From the NCBI RefSeq assembly GCF_021028975.2, contig NC_059429.1:70990001-71054000 (forward strand): a stretch of DNA of 64,000 nucleotides. The letters are read 5' to 3'. The position numbers and the translations under genes were made by a program. The stretch is from Sphaerodactylus townsendi. Its lineage: Eukaryota. Below, piece after piece: positions 14,179 through 25,785 of the stretch (positions within the stretch are counted from its first letter, which is position 1; every line of letters begins with the position of its first letter). The notes under the pieces were generated by a model. That model was given only the letters and a program-made list of their open reading frames with translations, did not search any database and was not told the origin of the DNA.

Positions 14179-14352
14179 CAGTGGCTGTATCAAAGTAAAA
14201 ACCACTTGCCAACCACAAGCTCCACCAGGGGCAACGGTTTTGCCCACTTCCCTGAAAATTAAGAACTTGAATTGTGGAACAGTGTTTTAAAGAGCCACAT
14301 ATGGCATTTCAGAGCCTCATGTGACTCCAAAGCCACTGAATGAGTATCACTG
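14179..14352. mobile_element. hAT-like MITE; related copy at ~26357-26465
   Basis: Shared CAGTGGCTGT..CAAAGT.AAAACCACTTGCC start and GCCACTGA.TGA.TATCACT end in both copies. Confidence 0.55.
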
Positions 14353-15208
14353 CATTAAGCCAACAGTAGATTCAAACAATCAGCTCAGCTGGTAGATAAC
14401 TTTCCATAACAGGTAAATAAAGTCCCCTGTGCAAGCACCAGGTCATTACTGACCCATGGGGTTATGTCACATCACAATGTTTACCAGGCAGACTATTTTT
14501 ATTGCATGGTTTGCCATTGCCTTCCCCAGTCGTCTAAACTTTACCCAAGGCCCTTTTAAATAACACAGCCTTGCACTTTCCCCTGAAGAGAACTGGAGAA
14601 TACACTCAGTGAAATTCTCCCATCCACCCATTCCAAAGCAATGGTAATAGGGCTATACGATAATGGAATGGTTCAGAAAAATGCTTTAAAAGGGATTATG
14701 GACTAGTCTACTATGTGGAGTGCCTACTATCTGTTGCTGTATGTATTATCCTACCATTTGATCTCTATCGTCTTAACACATCATGCTTTGTCTTGGGAGT
14801 TCCACTTGGGTTTCAGATTTCTGCAATCCTAATCTTACTACATGGATCATTGGATGTCCCATCCTGCTGACTGGATTGATTTACACTGCGTAGTCCACCT
14901 CAGTAAGAAACGTGGCCCATAAATAACTTAAATAAATTCTGAGTACAAGCTGAAACTGTGTCAACGAGGCAGCAGCATTTTGTACTAAGAGGTTTCCAAA
15001 TTGAAAAGCAGACCCATGCAGAGTGAACAGTAATCTAGTCACATGTTTACTGTAATGTAGATCACTATAGGAAGATCGGCCATAATAATGTTGCCCTTGA
15101 TCACTTAATACTTGTCAGTCCAGTTTCATTACATGAATACTCAACCACAACCCTCTCAATGTATATTTGTACGTTTTGGTTCTTTGAAAGATTACTAGAG
15201 AGAGAGAG

Positions 15209-15504
15209 AGAAGAGTTTTAGATTTATATCCCCCCTTTCTCTCCTGGAGGAGACTCAAAGGGGCTTACAATCTCCTTGCCCTTCCCCCCTCACAACAAAC
15301 ACCCTGTGAGGTGGGTGGGGCTGAGAGAGCTCCGAAAAGCTGTCACTAGCCCAAGGTCACCCAGCTGGCGTGTGTGGGAGTGCACAGGCTAATCTGAATT
15401 CCCCAGATAAGCCTCCACAGCTCAGGCGGCAGATCTGGAAATCTAATCCGGTTCCTCCAGATTAGATACACAAACTCTTAATCTCCTATGTCACTGCTGC
15501 TCCT
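15209..15504 (-). mobile_element. tRNA-derived CORE-type SINE (Squam3/MIR-like)
   Basis: ACAACAAACACCCTGTGAGGTGGG...GCCCAAGGTCACCCAGC core, tRNA-like head and simple-repeat tail. Confidence 0.75.
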
Positions 15505-16470
15505 AGAGCATCTTTATTTGAAAAGATAGACTGGGAGCACATTTGCACTACATGTTGAAATCAGTGTAAGTTAACATCAACAGTTTTGCCCCCACCCTTA
15601 AATGCGTAGCTCTGTGCAATTCCTAGCCATTTCACAATAACAGAATTGATGAGATTTTTTGATTGGGAGCCAGGATAGTTGCCTAAGTCTGTAACTGCCA
15701 CACATAGTAAAGACAGCACTACACAGTGTACAACACTCCTGGCAATTTTTCTTTAATGCTTACTAACATCACAGTGCAATCCTAATAACACTTTCCTAAG
15801 AATTAGCACCAGGTTTTAGGATTCTGATTATACCAGCACAGAATGGCACTGTAGATCATCAATGGAAACAGACACATTAGAGGTTCAGAATAATATCTCA
15901 CTTCCTTCTTTTTCTAACCTACACTATATGGCCACCCAAAATGCAATGATCCACATTCAACACAATATTGCCAGCCTAAATCATATGGCTTTCTTCAGGG
16001 TTATGATGCCCTTTTCTCAGTATGCATTCTAATGCCCTTGTAAAACAATGCAATTGACGGGATCAACTCGCAAACACGAAGCATGAGATTCCAGCAGGCC
16101 AGCACGATGTGCTCAGCCACATGCAGAGTGCCACATGCAAGCACCGTGCCCATCCAATTCAAACGCAGTTTTGCTCTTTCTGTGTTTTATTTTTATTTGA
16201 ATCCTTAGAAAGGACCACCTACTAAAGGAACATCTGGGCTTCGAATGATACATAACTTGAAGCGTCTGACAGCCAGACTCCCTCTACCAGCATCCAGTCA
16301 ATTTAACCGGTTTTCCAACGGCCTAGATTAGAAAACTACAACTCCCATCGCTCCTTGAGCGCCAGCTGTGGAACTTTCAAATATTCTTACAGGCTTCCTA
16401 CGTTGTAGTCCCGTCGTTCCGGGGGTGGGGGGGAGAGAAGGAAAGCGGGGGTGCCTTTTTCGGCTCTTAC

Positions 16471-16659
16471 CGCCACAATGCGAGAACACTGAGTCCCTTT
16501 GCCGGCGCCAGGCCCGCCAAGAACGAACACAACGACCGGCTTCATGAGGCGCGACAGGCGTCGAAGAGAAGAGGAAGAAGGGACGGCAAGAGGCCCAAGG
16601 CGAGCAGCCGGTGATCGAAGCCCAATCGCGGTAGCCGAGGAGAGACAACGACAGAACAT
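16471..16659 (-). CDS. CMPK1: CMPK1 exon 1 (UMP-CMP kinase); upstream ATG at 16659, canonical MKP ATG at 16545
   Basis: Translates MFCRCL...RLMKPVVVFVLGGPGAGKGTQCSRIVA with the P-loop GGPGAGKGT; ends at a GTAAG donor (plus-strand cttac 16466-16470); CpG-rich context. Confidence 0.95.
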
Positions 16660-16900
16660 GCGCCGCCGAGACAGAAACAAAACAGGGGGTCTCCGAGACC
16701 GCCTAGATTCTCCGGCTGAGGTGGCGCGTGAGGCGTCAGCAGGAAGAGAAAGCGCTTCCGGGTTCCTGCCAGCCCGCCGGTCACTTTCCTGACTGGTAGA
16801 GGCAGATGGCGGACTTTGAGAGGAGGCGAGGCCAAGGAGGAGTGGGCGGAGTTCAGCCCCGCGGGGCTCGGAGACCCGCCAGGAATCGTGGAGGGGGAAG
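16660..16900 (-). promoter_or_regulatory. CMPK1 CpG-island promoter / 5' UTR
   Basis: CpG-rich; Ets/GABP-like CTTCCGG (~16755), YY1-like AGATGGCGG (~16804), GC box GGGCGGA (~16844); ZNF143-like ACTACAACTCCCA nearby at 16335-16347 in intron 1. Confidence 0.7.
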
Positions 16901-16952
16901 CTGGAAAAGATGGAATGGCCGAGAGTGGGTGGCTGCAGAAGTGTCAGAAATA

Positions 16953-17083
16953 ATGTATTGGCGAAGGCTTTCACGGCCGGATTCAACTGGTTGTTGTGGG
17001 CTTGCCGGGCTGCGTGGCCGTGATCTGGTAGATCTTGTTCCTACCAGACCACGGCCACCCAGCCCGGAAAGCCCACAACAACC
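16953..17083. mobile_element. Penelope-like element terminal fragment with inverted end
   Basis: Matches Penelope-type ends also seen at ~100-200 and ~29130-29260; 43-bp inverted arms; 11-bp TSD TGTCAGAAATA (16942-16952, 17084-17094). Confidence 0.75.
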
Positions 17084-17389
17084 TGTCAGAAATAGCTTCG
17101 CATCTCCTTGCAGTTAAATTGGTTTTGATTCATGCACACTGATGATCTGATGGAAAAATTTTCTGTGTCACTTTGAGTGGTCCTAATACGCAAGATTGTT
17201 TTGATTTTTTTTTTACTAGCGAATCTATCTGCAACCTCAGTATACGAGTGATGACTATTTTTGCTTAAAGTCAGAAATCGTGTAATATCTGCACTAAAAC
17301 CTGGAAAGACAGAAATAATGCTGGTTGGGAAGTTCTTAAAGGACATTGTTTTTCCTACTTTCCATGGGGTTCAGCTGGTTCTTGCTGCA

Positions 17390-19850
17390 TATTAATGTCA
17401 AGGATTTCAGTTGTTGGCATAACAAGCTATCTATTGAACTTATATAATACAAAAGAAAAGAGCAAACAGTTCCTCCTCAGTATCTGCTTCCAGCTTCCTT
17501 CTAAACCCCCCGCCCCTGTCTTTCTACTTTCCTGTTTTATTTTGTTACTCCTCTCCTGTTCCAGCACTTAAATCAAGACTATATTGCTCCTTTTGAAGTT
17601 TACACTTTTCTTCTTAGTAGTATTAGCAACAACATTAAACTATAAACTGTTAACATTCTCTATGAACTTGCTGTCTTGATGTGGTGAGTAGACTGTCAGT
17701 TACCCATAATAGCAGGGATGATTCTGCCCTAAGGAAAAAGTCGTCTTTATAACAGTGCTGATTTCGAAATCACTCTGCCTCTTGAAGTACCGGTAATTCT
17801 CTCTGTGTTTGAAGGCAGAGGGCAGGATTTGCTGGGTGTAGGCTACACTTGGGTCTGATTCAGACATTGGTGTGTCAGTTCTGGTCTGGTGATTCATGGA
17901 CGAGCTTTGCACTGTCTTGAGTGCTCCATTTCTGGAGCTTTTGTTGGTGGCGTATCTGAACATTCTTCTAATCCTAATGCAAGCTATAAAAGGCTTCTAT
18001 TTCTCCTGCGTGTTACAGTACTGGTTTGCACAAGGTATGTTTGACTCTGTTTCAAAACTGCTGCATGATCAGACAGTTCCTTTTGTCATCAAGTTTTATT
18101 CTCATTTGTGACCCAGTACTGAGCTCTAGCAATGCCTGAACTCCATTATGTTATCATAATGTCGCTTATATGCAGCTTTTACCTTCTCAGCTGTGGCACA
18201 CACTTTTCCAAATTAGGCCATTGAGGGTACAAAGTTGTCTCCAAGGAGTGGAGTTCATAGTTGTTGACCCAAACTGTGCTGGACTATATCACAATAGATT
18301 AATAAAGTCAAAAAGGGATCCTCTTGTTTTAAAAACTGTTTTTGTACAGCTCTGTCTGCCTTTCCATTGGACTGTGGGGAAGTGGGGGCTAGCTGTAACA
18401 TGTTTGAAATAGTTGGGATTGATATGGTCCTAGCTGTGCTGCTGACAGCATAAGGTACAACATTTTTCTTTAACTTTATTTTTATTGGAGTGATCTGCAA
18501 AGTTCCCACCTCATGGTGGGGTCCTACAGGGAGTTAATCTAGACAATGTATCAAGCCCATTGCAACAGCAGTGTCCAAGCTCAATAGATTTCTAGATGGA
18601 GCTCAAAGCACATAGATCTAAAAACTGTAACCCTCCCCTTTGTGTTGAGTTTGAGTCTGGAAATATCCTACCTATACCATTCAGACTGTCTTTCCATGGA
18701 CTGGAAAATACTCAGGATGTTTGATGGAGATGAGGAGGGCTTATAGACCAGGGGTCGGCAACCTTCACCACCCAAAGAGCCATTTGGACCTGTTTTCCAC
18801 CTCCCCGAAGATCTACTGAGCCAGAGAGGCGGCTTCACATGAAGCTGCCTCCAGTTCAGCCCCTCCACTCACCTTTCCTTCCAGCGCTGGGAGGTGAAGG
18901 CGCCAGGCAGGGAAACCCCCTCTGCCCGACGGAGCAGGCAGCCACCTGCTCCGTGGGGCAGAGGGGCAATGGCGGCTGTGGCCTGCCCAGTGCCGCCACC
19001 TCTCTCGCTGTGGGGGGCAGTGGCACCGGGCAGGGAAACCCCTTCTGCCCGATGGAGCAGGCAGCTACTTGCTCCGTGGGGCAGAGGGAGGATGGTGGCG
19101 GCAGGGATGGCAGAGGGGGGAATAGCGGCTGCTCTGGAGGGACACGCCCACATGCCCTCCAACCTCCAGGGGTCGGAGGGCAGCATGGGCATGTCCCTCC
19201 AGCCCTCCAGAGCAGGGCTGGAAGGAGAGGTGATTGGAGGGGATGCGAAAAGCTGCGCCTTCACGCATGGAGCTGGCTCCAGTTCGGTCCCTCCACTCAC
19301 CTTTCCTTCCAGCACTGCTCTGGAGGGCTGGAGAGACATGCCCATGCTACTCTCCAACCTCCAGGCCATGTGGAGCCGCAGTATAAGGCTGAAAGAGCCA
19401 CATGTGGCTCCGGAGCCATGGGTTGCCAACCCGTTATAGACTGAATCTGGAATTACATCCACATCCACCCAGTATCTCTTTTGAATTCTAGAGGAAGGTC
19501 ATAAATGTGTAATGATACTACCCTTGGGTCAGTAATGGTTTTGGAGCAGCTGACTATCTGAGAGCCTTGACCATCTGTTGCTCTGTTAATCATAGTGCAG
19601 GTGTAGAAGAAAAGGGTCCAAACAATGCAGCAAAGTGGTGACTGAAGATTCAGATCTCTGATACCATACCTTATTAATATCAAGGGATGGAGTTGTTGGG
19701 ATAACAAACTATTTATTGGACTAATATAATACAAAAGAAGAGATCAAACAGTTCTCTGTTTGCAGACTCCTTCTAGCTCCCCCAGACTCTCTCTAGCTTC
19801 CTGTTTCCTTCTGTTGCTGCTCCCCTGTTCCCTCCTTAATTAATATTGCA
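17390..19850 (-). mobile_element. old, internally deleted Gypsy/Ty3 LTR retrotransposon
   Basis: Diverged direct repeats (~17390-17590 and ~19672-19850); tRNA-Met-type PBS TGGTATCAGAG (minus, 19656-19666); pol remnants PIKIKLKKNVVPYAV and integrase PQSNGKADRAVQ. Confidence 0.75.
18749..19433. mobile_element. non-autonomous hAT element nested in the Gypsy remnant
   Basis: TIR CAGGGGTCGGCAACC / GGTTGCCAACCCG; 8-bp TSD TTATAGAC (18741-18748, 19434-19441); GC-rich internal repeats. Confidence 0.88.
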
Positions 19851-20179
19851 TTTCACTATACCTGTAACTCAGTTAAAAGACTTGTGGTTATACTGAACCC
19901 AACATTACTGCTGGAGATACAATTTAATGCAGTTGCAAAAAAAAAAGCTTTCTTCCAACTATTTTGAAAAATGGCCCCTCAGATGGCTGATCTGGCCACT
20001 TAGATCAGTGGCATGAAGACATTGAGACTAGACTATTGAGAAGACACGAGGCTTCCCCTCAAAGTCAGTTTTTAAACTCCATTTTGTGCAGAATGGTATG
20101 GGCAGACTATTGTTGAGAGCTAGACAAAGCATGCATATTACTTCCATTTGTCAGTCACTCCACTGCTGCTCATAAGTTA

Positions 20180-20777
20180 CTGGGCACAATTTAAAGTATT
20201 GGCTATTACATACAAAGCCATGCATGCTTTGATTCACCGGGCAGCCTCATATCTGCGAGGCTGTCTCTCCCGCTGTGCTCCACCATGACAGCTTTACTTA
20301 TCGGAGCAGGGTGTTTTGCTTCTTCATTACAGCCCCCACCTTGTGGAATGGCCTGCCTGAGGAGGTCAGGAACACTCCCCCTCTTTGGGCTTTCAGCAAA
20401 CTATACAAAGCTGAATGATTCAAGAGGGCTCTTCTACACAGGCAACAAGGCCATGCTGTACAAAAGGCTTCACAAAGTGATTTGGATTAATTGTTAGGGA
20501 CTGTGGACTGTTCTACTGTGAATAGTTTGCTGTGGATTGGATCCTGTTGTGTAATTTTATATTGTTTAATTTGTCATGTAAACACTTACATTTTGTATTG
20601 TTGAAGGCTTATGGTTTGCTTCAGTTCTATATTTTAGACTTCTGATTGGTTCTAAAATCCAAAATCTAATTTAATTGTTTATTGAATGTCCCATCTTATT
20701 GATTGTATTGATTAACTCTGTGGAATCTGCCTTGAGTTCTAGTGGGAAAAGGCAGATTATAAATAACATAAATAAAT
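20180..20777 (+). mobile_element. L2/CR1-group LINE 3' fragment
   Basis: AQFKVLAITYKA...APTLWNGLPEEVR-like remnants, 3' UTR and (TAAA) tail; related 3' ends at ~14690-14935 and ~39530-39722. Confidence 0.65.
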
Positions 20778-21331
20778 CTAAATGTGAAAGAGACAGATGT
20801 CACAATCTCCTTTCTATGAGTTCCCAAAAGTTGGATAGTGAACTACTCCAATAAAAACAAAAATGAAACTGTGGCTTTCTTGACTGTTTGTGGACTTAAT
20901 TGTATGCATGAATTGTATTCCCAGATGGTTGATCTCATCTTTCTCTGTTGCTTTTTCTCTTCATATAATCAGAAATGATAAGTGGTACATTTGAACTTCA
21001 CACAGGAACATCTTAAGCAATACTTTTGGCCCATCTTACATTTCCCCTGTTCTATACCTATGTTAGGATCTAGAACAGTCAGGACCCAGCTGGAGTGTTG
21101 CCAGCCTCCCTCTGTACTTTGCTAGCCATCTCCCCAAGAACACAAAGAGGCTGCCTTACACTGAGTCAGACCATTGATATACTAAGATCAGTATTGTCTA
21201 CTTTGACTGGAAGTGATTCTTCAGGGGCTCAAGGTGAGGTCTTTCACATCACCTGCTATGTAATTTCATCAGCTGGAGGTGCCAGGACCTGAACTTGGAA
21301 CTTTCTGCATGCAAGACTGGTGCTCTACTGC

Positions 21332-21571
21332 TAGGGATGCCAACCTCCAGGTGGGACCTGGGAATTCATTGTAATTACAGCTCATCTCCAGGCTACAGAG
21401 ATCAGTTCCTTTGGAGAAAATGGGTGCTTTAGAGGGTGGACTCTATGGCATTGTACCCTACTGAAGCCTCTATCCTTTCCAGGCTCCTCCCCCAAAGCTC
21501 TAAGAGTTACCTAGATCTGGCAACCGTACACTCAAGTCCTGCTGGTTGCCAGGGTGGACTTGGTAACGCTA
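21332..21571. mobile_element. hAT-like MITE (TAGGGTTGCCA-type ends)
   Basis: TAGGGATGCCAACC ... TTGGTAACGCTA imperfect TIRs. Confidence 0.55.
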
Positions 21572-22149
21572 TCTATTCCTGAGCTACAGCACTCCATGGT
21601 CTTTCTCTCATACCCATAGGTATGGCAGTTTCAAGAGGCAAATGTATTTTATGCCATAAACAAACAATACACAGTGATTGTTTCTTTAAACACTTTAAGA
21701 TGCAGCTCTGTTGGAATGTGGTGCATAGCTAGTAGAGTTAGCAAAACCTTTTTGCAGAATTCGGGTCATGGGACATAGACAGTGGCTCAAAACATTTAGT
21801 GGTACTCTATTTCGAATATGCCTGGGACTGTTCTGCAAACATTAATCGGTCTTTAGCAGTACAACACGATTTAGTTAGTTACGATTTAGTTAGATCCTCC
21901 CATGCAAAGTAGCATATTGGGCAACAAGAGCTCTCCAGCATTCTCGGTTTCAGGCGAGCGTTTCAGCCTCTTCCCATGTAATATTCAGTGGCACAGTGCC
22001 TTCAGGTCTTGTTCTCCTCCAGGAGCTTCCTCGCTGTCATTTGGCAACGATACTATATAACCAAGTTAACTCTAGCTAGCTTATTCAGGGTCGCAGCCAC
22101 TATATAAACTACCGTTTTTGCAATAACTTAAATTCTCCGGTTCTCACTC

Positions 22150-22440
22150 CACCCCCATGGCGCTTGCGCAATAGCTCCTTGACTGCAACCGTTTAAAATA
22201 AGCTTTTCTTTTTAAATATCCCTCCCACAACAGCTTGTCGCGCGCAGGGACGCGCATTGTTGCACAGGAAATGTTGTGATTGGCTACGAAAAAACCGGAG
22301 GCGGGTATAGGTTTAGTGATTGGCTCGACGGAAGGCACAGAGTGCGGACGCTGGGCGGAGGGCGGTATTGTAGTGCTTGTGGTTGGCTGGCCGGCCTATG
22401 GTCGGGTGGAATCCTGATTGGTTGATAGTACCGCCATTGG
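22150..22440 (+). promoter_or_regulatory. STIL CpG-island promoter with tandem inverted CCAAT (NF-Y) boxes
   Basis: ATTGG at 22279, 22319, 22417 and 22436 (plus GTTGG at 22382), interleaved with GC boxes; typical of cell-cycle gene promoters. Confidence 0.75.
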
Positions 22441-22542
22441 AGCCGCCAGTTCAGGGCGCGGCAGGAGTTCAGTTATGAGTCTGGAGCCTCTGCTGGGGCT
22501 CGATTGATTCGTGGGAACGGGCCGTTGATGAGAAGCGGCGAG
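22441..22542 (+). other. STIL: STIL non-coding exon 1 (start approximate)
   Basis: Consensus donor GAG|GTAAGT at 22542/22543 at the end of the CpG island; STIL has a non-coding first exon. Confidence 0.7.
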
Positions 22543-23877
22543 GTAAGTTGCGGGAGCCGCTGCTTTCCCCCAGGCGAATTTTTCCTGGCGGATTTCTGAC
22601 CAAATGGCTAAACTTGGCCCTTTTTGCATCACATTGTCACGGCGCCCTCTTCCGTTGCTCCTTACTAGGTTCTTAAATCAATATTAGCGGTTTCTTATTG
22701 TAGGAAAGGAGGAGGATTTATCCTTCGCTCGCCTAAAAAGTACAAAGAGGCACGCATTTGCCGAGATTTACCAGTTGGTAACCTTTCTGTTAGGGCTTGT
22801 TTGCCATTGACAGCTGCATTTTAGAGTGATATCTCTCTCTACAGCAAACGTAGTATAATAGTAACTACAACGCTGGTTTGGGGTACAGGAAAGCCAGGTT
22901 GAGAACTGCACTCTGCTGTCATTTAAGTTCAGATTTGTCACGGTGTATAATAAATGCTACCATCTGATTTCTTAGCTCACTTTCTCTCTGGCATGAGTTT
23001 ACTTTATGGGGATTTACTGATTAGAATGATGTGTTGGTGAAGTGTTGGATGTGGTTAGTAGGAAAGACAGATCACTTCTGTCCTGATAATGAAATTAGAA
23101 TGTGTTTGAACTGTCTTCAAAAAATGCATACATTTGTAGTAGTTCGTTTATTCAGCTATAAGGAAATAGGAATTATGGGAAGAATGAAATTGGACTTGGA
23201 GAACAGTAATTAGTGGTAACCTGAACAAACGCTGTTATACTTTTTCAGTAGTTTCGAAACATTCATTTTCTGGGTTCGTAGAGATATGGGAAGGAATTTT
23301 TTAATTTTTTTTCTCACGCAGAAAACTTGCCTTTGTGAAATGTTCAGTGTTTCATAAAATTAATAGAAATGATTAATGTTGTTGCCAGTACAAATTTAGA
23401 CAAGCTTACACGCTTTTCCACAAACAGTTGACACTAAATTTGTATATTAATCAGTCATTTTTTGGACCTTCGGTATAATGGAATGCTCTACGGGGGTCTT
23501 AGTACCTACCTAGAAGAACTAGTTAGATACGAAGACCCCTGCAGAGCATTCTACAAAGAAGATTCGAGAAATGGCAGATTAATATACACATTTACTGTAA
23601 TCTTTTTGTGGAAAAGAGTATAGTAGTTTCAGAGTTGTGATTTTTTTGGAGGTGACTATTTCTACAGGAGTGAGTGTGAGAAAGTTCATACATGTTTTGT
23701 TAAGTTTGTAATGGCAGGGGGGACAAATAACTAAAATACAGAAATAATGGTCTGTCTTTTCTATCATAAATGGGAAAATTCTGCCCTCCTGCTTTGACAA
23801 AACAGGGTATAGTTAAACTGTTAGCTTTTGTCTCTCACAAATAAAAAGGACTCAACTTGTGATTGTTTTTCTTTCAG

Positions 23878-23985
23878 AGTTGTTTTGAGGAAAATGGTAC
23901 CTTTCAGCTTTCCTCCATCAAAATGTGCACTCTGGAATCCAACACCTACTGGAGAAAGCATTGAAGCCCACCTAAGTTGTCATAG
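23878..23985 (+). CDS. STIL: STIL exon (homologous to human exon 3); in-frame ATG at 23894
   Basis: 108 bp AG/GT; [35 protein letters not shown](R), matching the STIL N-terminus. Confidence 0.93.
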
Positions 23986-24299
23986 GTATGACACTATAAA
24001 ATTTAAGAACACACTATTGGTGAAAGTTTTATTCTGACTCCTCTCCCTATTCACTTTACATGGGTTCTGTGATCACAGGAATAAACTTTCCCAGGGTCAG
24101 AAATGACTGCTGAAGTGAGGGGAACATGGGGAAGATCTGCTATCCCTGTAGACACTTTCTGAGTAGTGAAGTCAAGCAAGTTTAGCCTTTGAACTAAGAA
24201 AGATGTACACGGAGGTGATCCAAGGAGAACCGTTCCCTTGTTTTTTGCTAACTTGATTTCTTATTTTTTCTTTCCTTGTTTCCCTCTTTCTTCCATCAG

Positions 24300-24415
24300 G
24301 AACCCTAAGTTACTTGTGACTGAAAAAACTGTGAGACTTGCCCATCGTCATGCAAGGCAAAGCAGAAAGAACCCCTTCACTTGTTTTCTAATTGGAACAC
24401 TTGAAATAGATGAAG
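24300..24415 (+). CDS. STIL: STIL exon 4
   Basis: 116 bp AG/GT; [38 protein letters not shown]. Confidence 0.95.
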
Positions 24416-25579
24416 GTATGTGTCTTGTCAGAATGGCCAGCTGTTTCAATTTTGATTAAATGGGAGATTCCCAATCTTATCTTTTGTAACATTACCTTGT
24501 GATACCAAAAGATAGTGAGTATATAAAAGTGCTATTTATTGGCAGACCATTGACTGATACAGCCCATGTCACCAACCTTTTCTTTCATTAGAGCTACTTC
24601 CGAGTAATGAAAAATATCATAAGCTACTCCCACTCCCCCGCAGCATGTTTCCAAATTTTGTTCTGTCCTTGACGATGGTGTAGTGCCCACAGGGCAGGGG
24701 TGGGGGATGCGATGCCCCAGGTGGAGTGGAAGCGTGGCCCGGGTGTGCCAGGGCGGGCAACGCCGTGGCAGGGGTGCACCTGCACCCCAGGCACAGTTTC
24801 CCCTTGCTCTGCCTCTCGTCCTTGAAACACATCATGGACGAGGAACAGCGCAGTTATTGGCTAAGAAGAACAAAGAAAAACATACAAAATAAAAGGCTTT
24901 TAAAAAATCATTGAGTAAATCTTTTTGCAGTAGTTTCTTGTGTATTTTAAGCAGCTGCTCATTTTGAATTCGTCCAAGATTTTTTCTGTCTAATATTAAC
25001 TGCCAGTAGCTTTTCAGAGTCTTTTGAGATCCTTTCAGGTCGAGAAAGTAGTTTAATCTGGAATTTAGTAGGCGCGCTGTAGTATTGAACTATGTTTTTT
25101 TCTAATTCTCTTTATACATCTGGAAGCTATCCTAGAGCATATGCTGATCGTACAATGGAGCATATTGTAGAGCTTCTGTAAAGTCTGGCATTCTTAGGGG
25201 TACAGCATATCAGCATAAACATTGGGAACTAGCTTTGTACTTTATGTAATCATGTTCTGAAATGGAGCTGTTTCTGCAAGGCTTAGAGCAGCTAAAGGCA
25301 AAGGTTTAACTGTTTTAGTATGTATACTACAACACAAGCCTCTTTTGCTTTCTCCATCACTCAGTTGCATGGTCGTCTAGCTTTCCAGGATCCTTTGCCA
25401 GCTCACTCCTGCTTGTCAGAAGCATACAAATGTCTCCTATCTGCTATTATTGTTAAGTTTCTAGCATGATGAGCAGCATGCAGAGATTAAAGTTTTCCCC
25501 CATTTCAAATATTGTTTTTTAATAGCTACTCAATCTTTATAACAGTCTTCCTTTAAGGAGCTCAACATATATTCATTTC

Positions 25580-25785
25580 CAGGTGGATAGCTGTGTTGTT
25601 TTGCAATAGAGGAGCAAGAGTTGCATTCAGTAGCACCTTAAAGACAAACAATTCCCAGGCTGTAAGCTTTTGAGAGTCAAATCTCCTTTAGTCAGACCCA
25701 AGTATGTGACAAAGAGAGCTCTGACTTTTAGAAGCTTATTTATATCCTGAAAATCTTGTTGGTCTTTAATGTGCTACTGGATGAT
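25580..25785. mobile_element. Penelope-like (Neptune-type) inverted terminal fragment
   Basis: CAGTAGCACCTTAAAGAC...AAGCTT / AAGCTT...GTCTTTAATGTGCTACTG inverted arrangement. Confidence 0.55.

Noticed and set aside
18839-19468. Three overlapping ~200-aa ORFs
   Set aside because: They lie within a GC-rich non-autonomous hAT element with TIRs and TSD; no transposase motifs.
22905-22920. Cryptic V(D)J heptamer-like CACTCTG in STIL intron 1 (cf. human STIL-TAL1 deletions)
   Set aside because: A 7-mer expected by chance, apparently within a decayed SINE, with no convincing nonamer.
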